Shown here one piece after another: positions 38,712-50,105 of a stretch of DNA of 64,000 nucleotides; the first letter of the stretch is position 1; each line of letters opens with the position of its first letter. The stretch is from the NCBI GenBank assembly GCA_964036045.1, contig OZ038379.1, forward strand, positions 8,494,001 through 8,558,000. Direction: 5' to 3'. The DNA is from Eutreptiella sp. 'Long Island Sound 2002'. Its lineage: Eukaryota; Protista; Euglenida. Both the position numbers and the translations under genes were made by a program. The notes beneath the pieces were generated by a model. It was given only the letters and a program-made list of their open reading frames with translations, was not told where the DNA came from and ran no database searches.

Positions 38712-41700
38712 CATCTGCATCAGACTAATTTGCCAACGGGAGGCCATGGTGGGGCGTTGCATCCCCCCCCCCCCCCCCCGTGCTATGGGATGCAACCGGA
38801 ATGGACCGGACATAAATACCACCACCGTTGGGGGTAGGGGGGGGGGACTGGGGGGCTGTGTAAACCGGTTGTCACTGCCCCGTCACGGCGGGCCAGAAGG
38901 GGGGGGGGGGGTTTGGGAAATGGACATCCGTGACCCCCCGTGGGCGCAAGCCAATTTTCGCCCACCCCTGCTGTTTGGTATGATGTTGAACTGGGGGCTG
39001 GAGGTGCAATCTTTCAATCTCACCACCGAACAGTCGGCTGCTGCTTTTGCTCTGGCTCAACGGCTGGCTGTGCAGCCACCGCCATCAGCAACCCAGACGC
39101 CCATGGCGACGGACGGGGGCCAGGAGTACACAGAGGCAGGGGAGCAAACCCCTGACAAATCGCAGAAGTTGCGTTACGATGCCCTGACCATAAAAAAATG
39201 CTAAGCCCATTCGCAAGCGCACAGGGGCGACCAGATGGACCCGGAAGCTTGCAAAAGCCCTGGAACATTATCTGAAGGCACAGCGTGAACCGCCGGAGGA
39301 GGAGTGCACTCCAGGACAACCGGCGCTGGAAATGCAAGTGCAAATCGGTGAGGAGCTTGCGGCTGGTGTGTGGTGCATCATACTGGAGTGTGGTGATTGG
39401 GGAAAAAGGCGCTGAAGTCGGCGGACAAACACAAAAAGAAGAAGGAGAAGCTAAAGAGGGAGCACCACAAGAAAGGCAAAGGCAAGAGCCGTAGGTCCCG
39501 AAGGCACCTCTCCGACTCGTCCGGTTCCGAAGAGGACTCAAGCACCAGCTCAAGCGACTCATCATCCTCATCGTCGTCAGGGGAGGACTCCACGCAAAGG
39601 CACGTTGCGCAGCGCCCGCGCATCGTCCTCCTGGTCACCAGCGAAGCCCACAATGGTCATCATTGATGGTAAGGAGCACTTCCGCGGAAAGACGAGCAAC
39701 AATCTGATAGACTGTTCACGTCCGCCCCAAACAAAGTGCTGGTTTTGCAAGGCCCATCACTGGTTTTGGGAAGGCCTGGCCTACGGGTGCCCGGGGCCGA
39801 AGTCCAAATGACTACCCCGTGCGAAGAGAGCTGGTCGCTGGGGGCGTGGTGCCCGGAAATTCCTCCGGGCGGTCGACCAGCTGGAGGCCGCGTTTGCAGG
39901 CGACTATGCAAGTTCATATGCGGCAACGGCAGTGCGCGGACTCGGCATCGCATCGGTCAAAGGATACCTGCAACAATTACGCAGAGTGCGCTACAGGCTT
40001 GCCAGGCATCCGGGTGAATCATTGCGCAAAGCGCCCGACGAGCAGCTGCTCTGGGAGGTCCAGCAAGAGCACACAGAGTCAAACAGCAAAAGGCTGGTAT
40101 CAGGGTTGCGACTACTCGAAAAGTTCAACTGGCTTCAGCCCACCATCGTCCCGGCCACGCAATACAAAAGGTGCCACAGCACAAACAAGAGGGGCAATCC
40201 AAGCAGTGGGCAACAATGCACTGTCTCCAACAGCTCTGCCAAGCAGCCAAGACCAAGCTGGACTGGGAAGTGGTCGCGCTATCGGCCCTCTCCATCGCCT
40301 TCGGGCTGCGCATCTCGGAGGCGGCAACGGCAGCCCCCGACGAAGCAGAGCTCCGCTTCAAGGGCACTAAGGGCAAGTCCGGCTTACACCGGCCAAAAAT
40401 GAGGCCATGGGCCAGCAAATGGGGTGACTTCCTCGCGCGATTGCGGGCCCTGTCAGGACATCACCCGCACAGACCCGCATTTTTTACCTCCAAAGCACAC
40501 TTGGCGGCAGCGTTTCTCGAACTTGTCCAGTCGCCAGGGTGCAAATGTAAAACTATTCGCTGGCACAGCTGGCGCAAATTCCGGGCGGCCCAGCTACAGG
40601 CACTCGGGCTGCCACTCCACTTGGTGCAGATCTGGGGGGGGGGGATGGAAATCGCTAGCGGTGGCCAGGATGTACACTACACCCCCCCCCCCCAACTGGA
40701 CGTTTTTCAACGGAGGGCCCATGCCAAGGCCAAAATGGCACAACAACCAGCCGGGGTGGTACGAAGTCCCCTGGCCTTCCGCGGCCGTTTTCAGCTAGTG
40801 GGTCCGCAGCATTGCCAACGGGCCCCCCCAACGGCAAATCTTCTAGGCTCAGCTCACGTTCACAGGCCCCAAAGAGGCCTCGCGCGAACAGCATAACTAC
40901 ACAGGGGTCTGCCCCATGATTTCCCCCATCTATTTCATGATATAGCCCAGCTGCCTAGCATTCGCCCTCCTAGGCGTCTCATAGTCATTGCAGCGCTACA
41001 GCACATGGCGCTGGCCTTTCTTGGGTTGCGCGGGTCAGCCAGGGGGCTCGCCCTCCTATGGGTTGTGTTGAACACCATTTTGCAGTCTGGCCTCTTCTGT
41101 GAGTGTGACGGCTACTATGACTACCTCCGTCAGGGTCATGAACCCGGCCACCATGCCCGTGTCACTGAGGACATTGCCGGTAAAGGCCTGGGGGAGGCAG
41201 GCGCAGTGCACATTGCACACAGCATCTGGCGCCGTCTCGTCCCTAGAAACCTGCACAAGCAGTACACCAAGTGCACACGGGAGGCACAACAGCCCTGTTT
41301 TGCCCCTCATTCTCAGCACACGGTAGGGCGCATGCTTGAGTCCATCCGAGTGGATACCAGAGGCATGAGACACACCCAGGCCAGGGTATCATCCTCTGTT
41401 TTCTTGCGTTACAAAAATGCTGAAAAGTGTAGGTTGCTCCTGAATGCGGTGCGCATTAATGCTAGCGACCACGGGGCACCTAAGGCGGTGCGCCTGCCAA
41501 CCCTCAGCCACCTGGCTCACACCATCAAAGGCTCTACGACTGGTAGATGGCTCTGCAAGATCGATCTGCAAAACTGCTATTGGAGCAGCAGGCTGCCACG
41601 TTCATGGCATAGGGTCTTTGTAGTTCAGGCAGGACACCACCGCTACAAGTATACCCGGCTTCCTTTTGGATAGCGTTATTCCCCCTCAATCCGCCAAACC

Positions 41701-42824
41701 CTTGTCAAGCGTTTGGTTGCCCGAGCCATCTCTGCTGCCAAAGTCCCAGTGGGCAATAAAGTGTATGTGGACGATGTCCTTCTTGATGCAAAAAGCAGGC
41801 GCTCGCTCAACATTGGCAGAAAGGCGGTTGTCCACAAGCTTAGACAAGCGGGTTTCATTATCAGCGTTAAAAGTGACACTCGCCCCACGAAGCGCATCGG
41901 TTTTGTGGGGAAATGGTTTGACACTCTCCGCAAATACATATAAAACCAACCGGCTGTTTTGGCTGGAGCTTTTCGCATGTAGATTTGGGCAGTGGGCACA
42001 GGAAAAATCACTGCCTTTGACCTTATGCGCCTGCTTGGCCGCATGCAGTGGCTCATCTGCCCAGCCTCTCTATCCTGTTTTTTGGCTGGTGCATACAGGT
42101 TAGCATATTCAGGAGAGAACAAATTTACCAGAGGTCTCATCCGTTCCACAGCCACCGCCCTCGTTTTTTCCCTGGTCCCCCGGTCATGCCAGTCCAGGCC
42201 GGCACAGGACGGCCGAGTATATTTTGCTGATGCAGCCCCCCCCGTCCACTACATGCGCCAGGCACACCATCGGAGTGGTGGGCCCCAAAGGCTGCTACCG
42301 CTCGCGCCGCTGTCCTCCATGGGTCACCACACTGGCTCAGGCTGAGCTCTATGGGCTGTACTCTGCCACCAAAATTGCCGCCTATGAAGGCCATGGCACT
42401 GCCTGCATAGGGGTTGACAGTGACACGGCCAGCTACCAGGCACTTCGCCAAAGGGCCACGACCCACTGCCATTTACAGAACAGACTCCTCCGCCAGCTTT
42501 TCCGGCTGCGCTTCTGGAGTGGTTTGAAACTGGTCTGTTTCGGGGTGCATACATCCCAGAATCCAGCTGACCCTCTCTCGCGTCAGTCCAGCTTCCCCTC
42601 TGTGGCTGCAGCCATCAAAGAAGCGCAGGCGCGCCACACACACTGGTGTGTTGCCGATGAGCCGTATGAGCACATACAGTCCCTGCAGCCTCTGCCGTGG
42701 TCCCTGCATGTCTAAACCCCCCCCCTCCGGCTTCAAGTGTTCTCCCTTCTTGCGCGCGTCGGGTTTTGTCTCGTTGGACTGGCGCCCCAGTTGCTAGCGG
42801 CATCCGATTTCTTTCTGGAAGTGG

Positions 42825-43951
42825 ATAGCAAGCAAGACCATGGCAAGATACGGTAACGGAATGGTGGAACAGGGCGTCGGCGGCAGACCTACACCATGTT
42901 TCCTGCCTTCGCATACCCTATGGGACCACATCCTCTGAACAATGCGGGTAGATCTTAGGGAGCGTGTGGCCTGGCACCAGTACCACGTCCTACATGGCGT
43001 GTGCCAACTGCGCGGCCAACTCACCATGCCCCCCCGCGACCCACAGGTGTCGCCCACGCTATCCACAGCGGTGCCGGCATGGTACACAAAGCTGCGCCCA
43101 AGAGCTATACGGCCAAACCCCACGGACTCTGTCCTCCGCAATCAAGTAGGGTATACAGGGCCACGGGAGAGAACATCGCGACGGGATGGCCACGTCTCTC
43201 AAGAGACGTCCCACCGTAGAGCGGTGCGCACATGGGACCGGCCGCAGTCGTACCATACCAGGTCATGGGCGGTGAAATATCTCGACCAGTGCCTCTGTCC
43301 CAGTACCGCAGACCTAGGGGCACAACAGGTAGCTTCGGCAATGCAGTATCTGGCCCAGCCTTGGTTTCTGCATCAGCGTGCCATTCTTGGGGCGTCACTG
43401 ATGGATTCATACCGCGTCGTGCTAGATGATGTGGTGCGGCAATCACGGCACTGGCACTCCCTTCTGCGACGTGCTAGAGTGTGGACCACCTCCGCAGACC
43501 AGCACTACCAGCGGCATAACCGAAGGATTCAGCTCCTTTCGGTGATGAGCCAATTGTGGGCATCTGAGCGCGCCGCCCACCGGGTGGAGTCGCCTCTGCC
43601 TAAACGGCAGTGCCGCAAAAGGCCAGGCGTCCTGGGTCAACGCCCGCCACCGGTCATGGCCCCTGCAAAGCGACGAAAGCTTGTCACTCTTGAGGACCTG
43701 TGGGGAATGGCACACACGCGATCCAGCATGTCTTAACCTCCTTAAATCTTACGTATTATAGGCTTGCCATTTGGCGTGGCGGTTTTGCCTACCGCATCAG
43801 AGAGCCCTCTGGTATACGCATGTGAACTCTGGGTCTTTGCCATGTGCCCCGCGTTGCGGGGATCCACTCTACCATATGCTGGAGACGCCCACTTTGCCAA
43901 GCACAGTCTTGAGTACTCTTTGAACTTGTGGAGTCAGCCAAAAAAAAAAAA
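42825..43951 (+). mobile_element. 5'-truncated poly(A)-tailed retro-insertion (LINE 3' end) with 264-aa ORF 42942-43736
   Basis: A12 tail at 43940-43951; 8-bp TSD GGAAGTGG at 42817-42824 and 43952-43959. Confidence 0.75.
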
Positions 43952-45568
43952 GGAAGTGGGACCAGCAACTGGCTACTGACATCCTGCGTTGGGTACCGGA
44001 TCTTCAGTGGATGGCAGGCGAGGTCACGTTTGCACAGCTTGCTGTGTACTTCAAGCTAATGGGGGGGCGTGAGCGCACCCGGCGCATGCCGGGCATCGTT
44101 TTTGACCCGTGCCCCACCTGTGACCTTTCAGGGGGTGCACTAATGGGCGCACTTAGCGCAGTGCAACTATGTGGGCGGCTAGCTAAAGACCCATACTTCG
44201 AGATACTAGGGGCATCATTGTTACCCCCAAGTGTAGGTTTTGACTTCTGATTTTGTCCCCCTTTGTTTGGGGATTCCCGAGAATGCAGGGGTGACGTAGC
44301 ATTTCCGCCCTGGTTTGGGCCCCCACGAAGGCAAGAATGAGGCAGCCAATTCTGATTTTGTCCCCTTTTGTTTGGGGATCCCCAACAATGTAGGGGTGAC
44401 GTAGCATTTCCGCCCTCTTTTGGGCTGCCACGCAAGATGAGGGAGAGGATGAGGCAGAAATGTGTGTGTTGTGTTGTCAGAAGTGCTCCACCGTCCCATT
44501 TTGTGATGAGTGTAAGGAGCACTATTGTACTCAATGTATTGACACCCACACTTGTGGGAGCAATGTTGTTTGTTAAGTACAATCGAGCGCACTCAAAGTC
44601 GTGGAAACAATTGTGGACAGAAGGCAGCAAAAACACAACAGGAAAGGCAACACATGCATACACTGAAGTAAAAGCTTTGCAAAACTGTACATGCCCTTAA
44701 GGGCGTATAAATGCATTCGCGTCGAAGGCGAGTGCGCGAGACCTCGCGCACACATGGCTGCAAAAAAGGGAAAAAACAACCGGGTTAATCTTGACTTACT
44801 TCTTCTTCGGTGCTGCCGCCTTGGCCAACTTGGCAGACAAGCTTCGTGCCACTGAACTTCCCCCACTCGGAGAGGCAACGGTACTACGGGATGGCTGAGA
44901 ACCAGAACGCGATGGCGGCTTGAACTCCGCACTTGCAGTCTTCGCTTTCTTCTTCGGCTGGTCCTTAGGCGCATCATCAGGACTTGCATCAAAGTGAGAG
45001 GTGGGTGCCCGCTTCTGCTTCTGTGTCTTTGTCTCCATTACTTGCTCCGGATCCTCTTCTTCATCCTCCTCGTCGGCATCCTGATTGTCTGTTTCTTCCG
45101 CCTTGTCCGATTCCTTTCCTTTTTCTTTTGCCTGCTTCTTGCTACTTGAGGGGGTTCCCTTTCTTGCTGCAGTACTCCGAGTTGGCACAACTTGCGCAGT
45201 CTTCTTCAGCCCGGGCAGGGTAGGTGCAGTAGACTCACTGTCATCAACGGGGGCCTCAGGCACAATCTGTTGTTGGGCGGCTTCTGTAGCATGCACCTTC
45301 TGGTGCCCTTGGTGACCTCGGTCGCTATCCCAAACCCAGAGTCGAATGCCACGCAAAAGCCAGTGTTCTTGAGTATCCCAACGTGCACCTGTTATTCCAT
45401 CCACCATCTGATCGTTGTCCAACATGTGCCGCATGACGATGATGCAGAGCACCGTTTTTTTTTTTTTACGCGAAGCGGCCTTGTGTGTATTTTCTGCGTT
45501 AAATTGAATTGTCGCACATTTTGAAATTATTTCAGTGGACGTTTCGCACAGCGTAATTTAAAACTTCA

Positions 45569-48500
45569 GTTTTCAAAGAACGAAAGTTCTGCTGTAGCCC
45601 TGTTCTCCCTAGCTTGTGTGTATTACAGGCTATTTAAATTGCCTTCTGTCTTTTGTGCCATGAGTCAGTTCAAGCATGCGACGGCAGTGTCGACGGATGT
45701 GGACTGGTCTTGGGAACGGTTGATCTCATAGCACCATGACGTTCTGGACGCGGCTTGGTGGGCACTCGTGGCGCAGCCAAAATTGGCAATGTAGATTCCA
45801 GCAGAACATCGGGCGACAGTCTTGCTGGCAGGATCCGCCACGTGGACCTCCTCCAACAGGGTGAACACGACCTGTCTTGCCCGCATCTTTTTTGATGAGC
45901 TTGGAGTCACGATGGTGAATAGCTCCTTCTCATACTACGGAGACGCGCTGCTGTTTGGTATGATGCTGAACTGGGGGCTGGAGGTGCAATCTTTCAATCT
46001 CACCACCGAACAGTCGGCTGCTGCTTTTGCTCTGGCTCAACGGCTGGCTGTGCAGCCACCGCCATCAGCAACCCAGACGCCCATGGCGACGGACGGGGGC
46101 CAGGAGTACACAGAGGCAGGGGAGCAAACCCCTGACAAGTCGCAGAAGTTGCGTTACGATGCCCGGACCATAAAAAATGCCAACCCCATTCGCAAGCGCA
46201 CAGGGGCGACCAGATGGACCCGGAAGCTTGCAAAAGCCGTGGAACATTATCTGAAGGCACAGCGTGAACCGCCGGAGGAGGAGTGCACTCCAGGACAACC
46301 GGCGCCGGAAATGCAAGTGCAAATCGGTGAGGAGCTTGCGGCTGGTGTGTGGTGCATCATATTGGACTGTGGTGATTGGGGAAAAAGGCGCTGAAGTCAG
46401 CGGACAAACACAAAAAGAAGAAGGAGAAGCCAAAGAGGGAGCACCACAAGAAAGGCAAAGGCAAGAGCCGTAGGTCCCGAAGGCACCTCTCCGACTCGTC
46501 CGGTTCCGAAGAGGACTCAAGCACCAGCTCAAGCGACTCATCATCCTCATCGTCGTCAGGGGAGACTCCACGCAAAGGTACGTTGCGCAGCGCCCGCGCA
46601 TCGTCCTCTTGGTCACCAGCGAAGCCCGCAATGGTCATCATTGATGGTAAGGAGCACTTCCGCGGAAAGACGAGCAACAATCTGATAGACTGTTCACGTC
46701 CGCCCCAAACAAAGTGCTGGTTTTGCAAGGCCCATCACTGGTTTTGGGAAGGCCTGCCCTACGGGTGCCCGGGGCCGAAGTCCAAATGACTACCCCGTGC
46801 GAAGAGAGCTGGTCGATGGGGGCGTGGTGCCCGGAAATTCCTCCGGGCGGTCGACCAGCTGCAGGCCGCGTTTGCAGGCGACTATGCAAGTTCATATGCG
46901 GCAACGGCAGTGCGCGGACTCGGCATCGCATCGGTCAAAGGATACCTGCAACAATTACGCAGAGTGCGCTACAGGCTTGCCAAGCATCCGGGTGAATCAT
47001 TGCGCAAAGCGCTCGACGAGCAGCTGCTCTGGGAGGTCCAGCAAGAGCACACAGAGTCAAACAGCGAAAGGCTGGTATCAGGGTTGCGACTACTCGAAAA
47101 GTTCAACTGGCTTCAGCCCACCATCGTCCCAGCCGACTGGATGTTCATCCACGCAATACAAAAGGTGCCACAGCACAAACAAGAGGGGCAATCCAAGTAG
47201 TGGGCAACAATGCACTGTCTCCGACAGCTCTGCCAAGCAGCCAAGACCAAGCTGGACTGGGAAGTGGTCGCGCTATCGGCCCTCTCCATCGCCTTCGGGC
47301 TGCGCATCTCGGAGGCGGCAACGGCAGCCCCCGACGAAGCAGAGCTCCGCTTCAAGGGCACTAAGGGCAAGTCCGGCTTACACCGGCCAAAAATGGGGCC
47401 ATGGGCCAGCAAATGGGGTGACTTCCTCGCGCGATTGCGGGCCCTTTCAGGACATCACCCGCACAGACCCGCATTTTTTACCTCCAAAGCACACTTGGCG
47501 GCAGCGTTTCTCGAACTTGTCCAGTCGCCGGGGTGCGGATGTAAAACTATTCGCTGGCACAGCTGGCGCAAATTCCGGGCGGCCCAGCTACAGGCACTCG
47601 GGCTGCCACTCCACTTGGTGCAGATCTGGGGGGGGGGTGGAAATCGCCAGCGGTGGCCAGGATGTACACTACACCCCCCCCCCCCCCAACTGGACGTTTG
47701 TCAACGGAGGGCCCATGCCAAGGCCAAAATGGCACAACAACCAGCCGGGGTGGTACGAAGTCCCCTGGCCTTCCGCGGCCGTTTTCAGCTAGTGGGTCCG
47801 CACGGCATTGCCAACGGGCCCCCCCAACGGCAAATCTTCTAGGCTCAGCTCACGTTCACAGGCCCCAAAGAGGCCTCGCGCGAACAGCATCACTACACAG
47901 GGATCTGCCCCATGATTTCCCCCATCTATTTCATGATATAGCCCAGCTGCCTAGCATTCGCCCTCCTAGGCGTCTCATAGTCATTGCAGCGCTACAGCAC
48001 ATGGCGCTGGCCTTTCTTGGGTTGCGTGGGTCAGCCAGGGGGCTCGCCCTCCTATGGGTTGTGTTGAACACCATTTTGCAGTCTGGCCTCTTCTGTGAGT
48101 CTGACGGCTACTATGACTGCCTCCGTCAGGGTCATGAACCCGGCCACCATGCCCGTGTCACTGACGACATTGCCGGTAAAAGCCTGGGGGAGGTAGGCGC
48201 GCTGCACATTGCACACAGCATCCGGCGCCGTCTCGTCCCTAGAAACCTGCGCAAGCAGTACACCAAGTGCACACGGGAGGCACAACAGCCCCGTTTTGCC
48301 CCTCATTCTCAGCACACGGTAGGGCGAATGCTTGAGTCCGTCCGAGTGGATACCAGAGGCATGAGACACACCCAGGCCAGGGTATCATCCTCTGTTTTCT
48401 TGCGTTACAAAAATGCTGAAAAGTGTAGGTTGCTCCTGAATGCGGTGCGCATTAATGCTAGCGACCACGGGGCACCTAAGGCGGTGCGCCTGCCAACCCT

Positions 48501-50105
48501 CAGCCACCTGGCTCACACCATCAAAGGCTCTACGTCTGGTAGATGGCTCTGCAAGATCGATCTGCAAAACTGCTATTGGAGCATCAGGCTGCCACGTTCA
48601 TGGCATAGGGTCTTTGTAGTTCAGGCAGGACACCACCGCTACAAGTATACCCGGCTTTCTTTTGGATGGCGTTATTCCCCCTCAATCTGCCAAACCCTTG
48701 TCAAGCGTTTGGTTGCCTGAGCCATCTCTGCTGCCAAAGTCCCAGTGGGCAATAAAGTGTATGTGGACGATGTCCTTCTTGATGCAAAAAGCAGGCGCTC
48801 GCTCAACATTGGCAGAAAGGCGGTTGTCCACAAGCTTAGACAAGCGGGTTTCATTATCAGCGTTAAAAGTGACACTCGCCCCACGAAGCGCATCGGTTTT
48901 GTGGGGAAATGGTTTGACACTCTCCGCAAATACATATAAAACCAACCGGCTGTTTTGGCTGGAGCTTTTCGCATGTGGATTTGGGCAGTGGGCACAGGAA
49001 AAATCACTGCCTCTGACCTTATGCGCCTGCTTGGCCGCATGCAGTGGCTCATCCGCCCAGCCTCTCTATCCTGTTTTCTGGCTGGTGCATACAGGTCAGC
49101 ATATTCAGGAGAGAACAAATTTACCAGAGGTCTCATCCGTTCCACAGCCACCGCCCTCGTTTTTTCCCTGGTCCCCCAGTCATGCCAGTCCAGGCCGGCA
49201 CAGGACGGCCGAGTATATTTTGCTGATGCAGCCCCCCCGTCCACTACATGCGCCAGGCACACCATCGGAGTGGTGGGCCCCAAAGGCTGCTACCGCTCGC
49301 GCCGCTGTCCTCCATGGGTCTCCACACTGGCTCAGGCTGAGCTCTATGGGCTCTACTCCGCCACCAAAATTGTCGCCTATGAAGGCCATGGCACTGCATG
49401 CATAGGGGTGGACAGTGACACGGCCAGCTACCAGGCACTTCGTCAAAGGGCCACGACCCACTGCCATGTACAGAACAGACTCCTCCGCCAGCTTTTCTGG
49501 CTGCGCTTCTGGAGTGGTTTGAAACTGGTCTTTTTCGGGGTGCATACATCCCAGAATTCAGCTGACCCTCTTTCGCGTCAGTCCAGCTTCCCCTCTGTGG
49601 CTGCAGCCATCAAAGAAGCGCAGGCGCGCCACACACACTGGTGTGCTGCAGATGAGCCGTATGAGCACATACAGTCCCTGCAGCCTCTGCCGTGGTCCCT
49701 GCATGTCTAAACCCCCCCCCTCCGGCTTCAAGTGTTCTCCCTTCTTGCGCGCCTCGGGTTTTGTCTCGTTGGACTGGCGCCCCAGTCGCTAGCGGCATCC
49801 GATTTCTTTCTGGTTTCCTCAACCCTGTTGCGCGCCGCGTCTCTGTTGTCTGCCCCCCCCACGCCGTCCCGCACTGGTTTAGTCTATACGGTTGCTTTCT
49901 TAGGCCGAGCTCAATCTGCCCCCCCCATGAACGCCCCCCTAACACAATTTGCGCTGCGAGGTGGGCAAGAGACATAGACGGCCCAATAGTGAGAGCGCTG
50001 GTCTTCAGTTGTCCCGGCGGGGGTTTGATTCCTGGGAGCTGCTGCTCTTGGGTCCCCTGCACGTAGAGCTCTCTATTGGGCATCGTTGGAACCACCCACC
50101 CTTTC
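45569..50105 (+). mobile_element. VIPER-like YR retroelement, copy B (gag 45660-46789, YR 46910-47792, RT-RH ~47850-49710)
   Basis: Same motifs as copy A. RT-RH is one frame with stops at 48718 and 48937; the latter is shared with copy A. Confidence 0.9.

Larger units (their letters stand above)
37144..38967 (+). mobile_element. 1824-bp TIR element (PIF/Harbinger-like, CTG TSD) inserted in gag of copy A
   Basis: Imperfect ~40-bp TIRs GGGATGGCGAAAATTGGCTTGCGCCC...TCACGG / CCGTGA...GGGCGCAAGCCAATTTTCGCCCACCC. CTG at 37141-43 and 38968-70; empty site at 45948-50. Confidence 0.85.
36762..42818 (+). mobile_element. VIPER-like tyrosine-recombinase retroelement, copy A (decayed; gag 36853-39811, YR ~39932-40798, RT-RH ~40855-42715)
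   Basis: YR catalytic residues: GLRISEA (R), KGTKGK, RWHSWR, GGW, ARMY. RT: KIDLQNCYW, LPFG*RYSP, YVDD. RNase H: FADAAP, QAELYG, IGVDS, NPADPLSR. Domain order gag-YR-RT-RH. Confidence 0.9.
35127..49813 (+). repeat. Tandem segmental duplication: 35127-42818 vs 43952-49813
   Basis: Colinear near-identity (offset ~8808 before, ~6990 after the 1824-bp insertion). The CTGG microhomology joins unit end to unit start. Confidence 0.9.
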
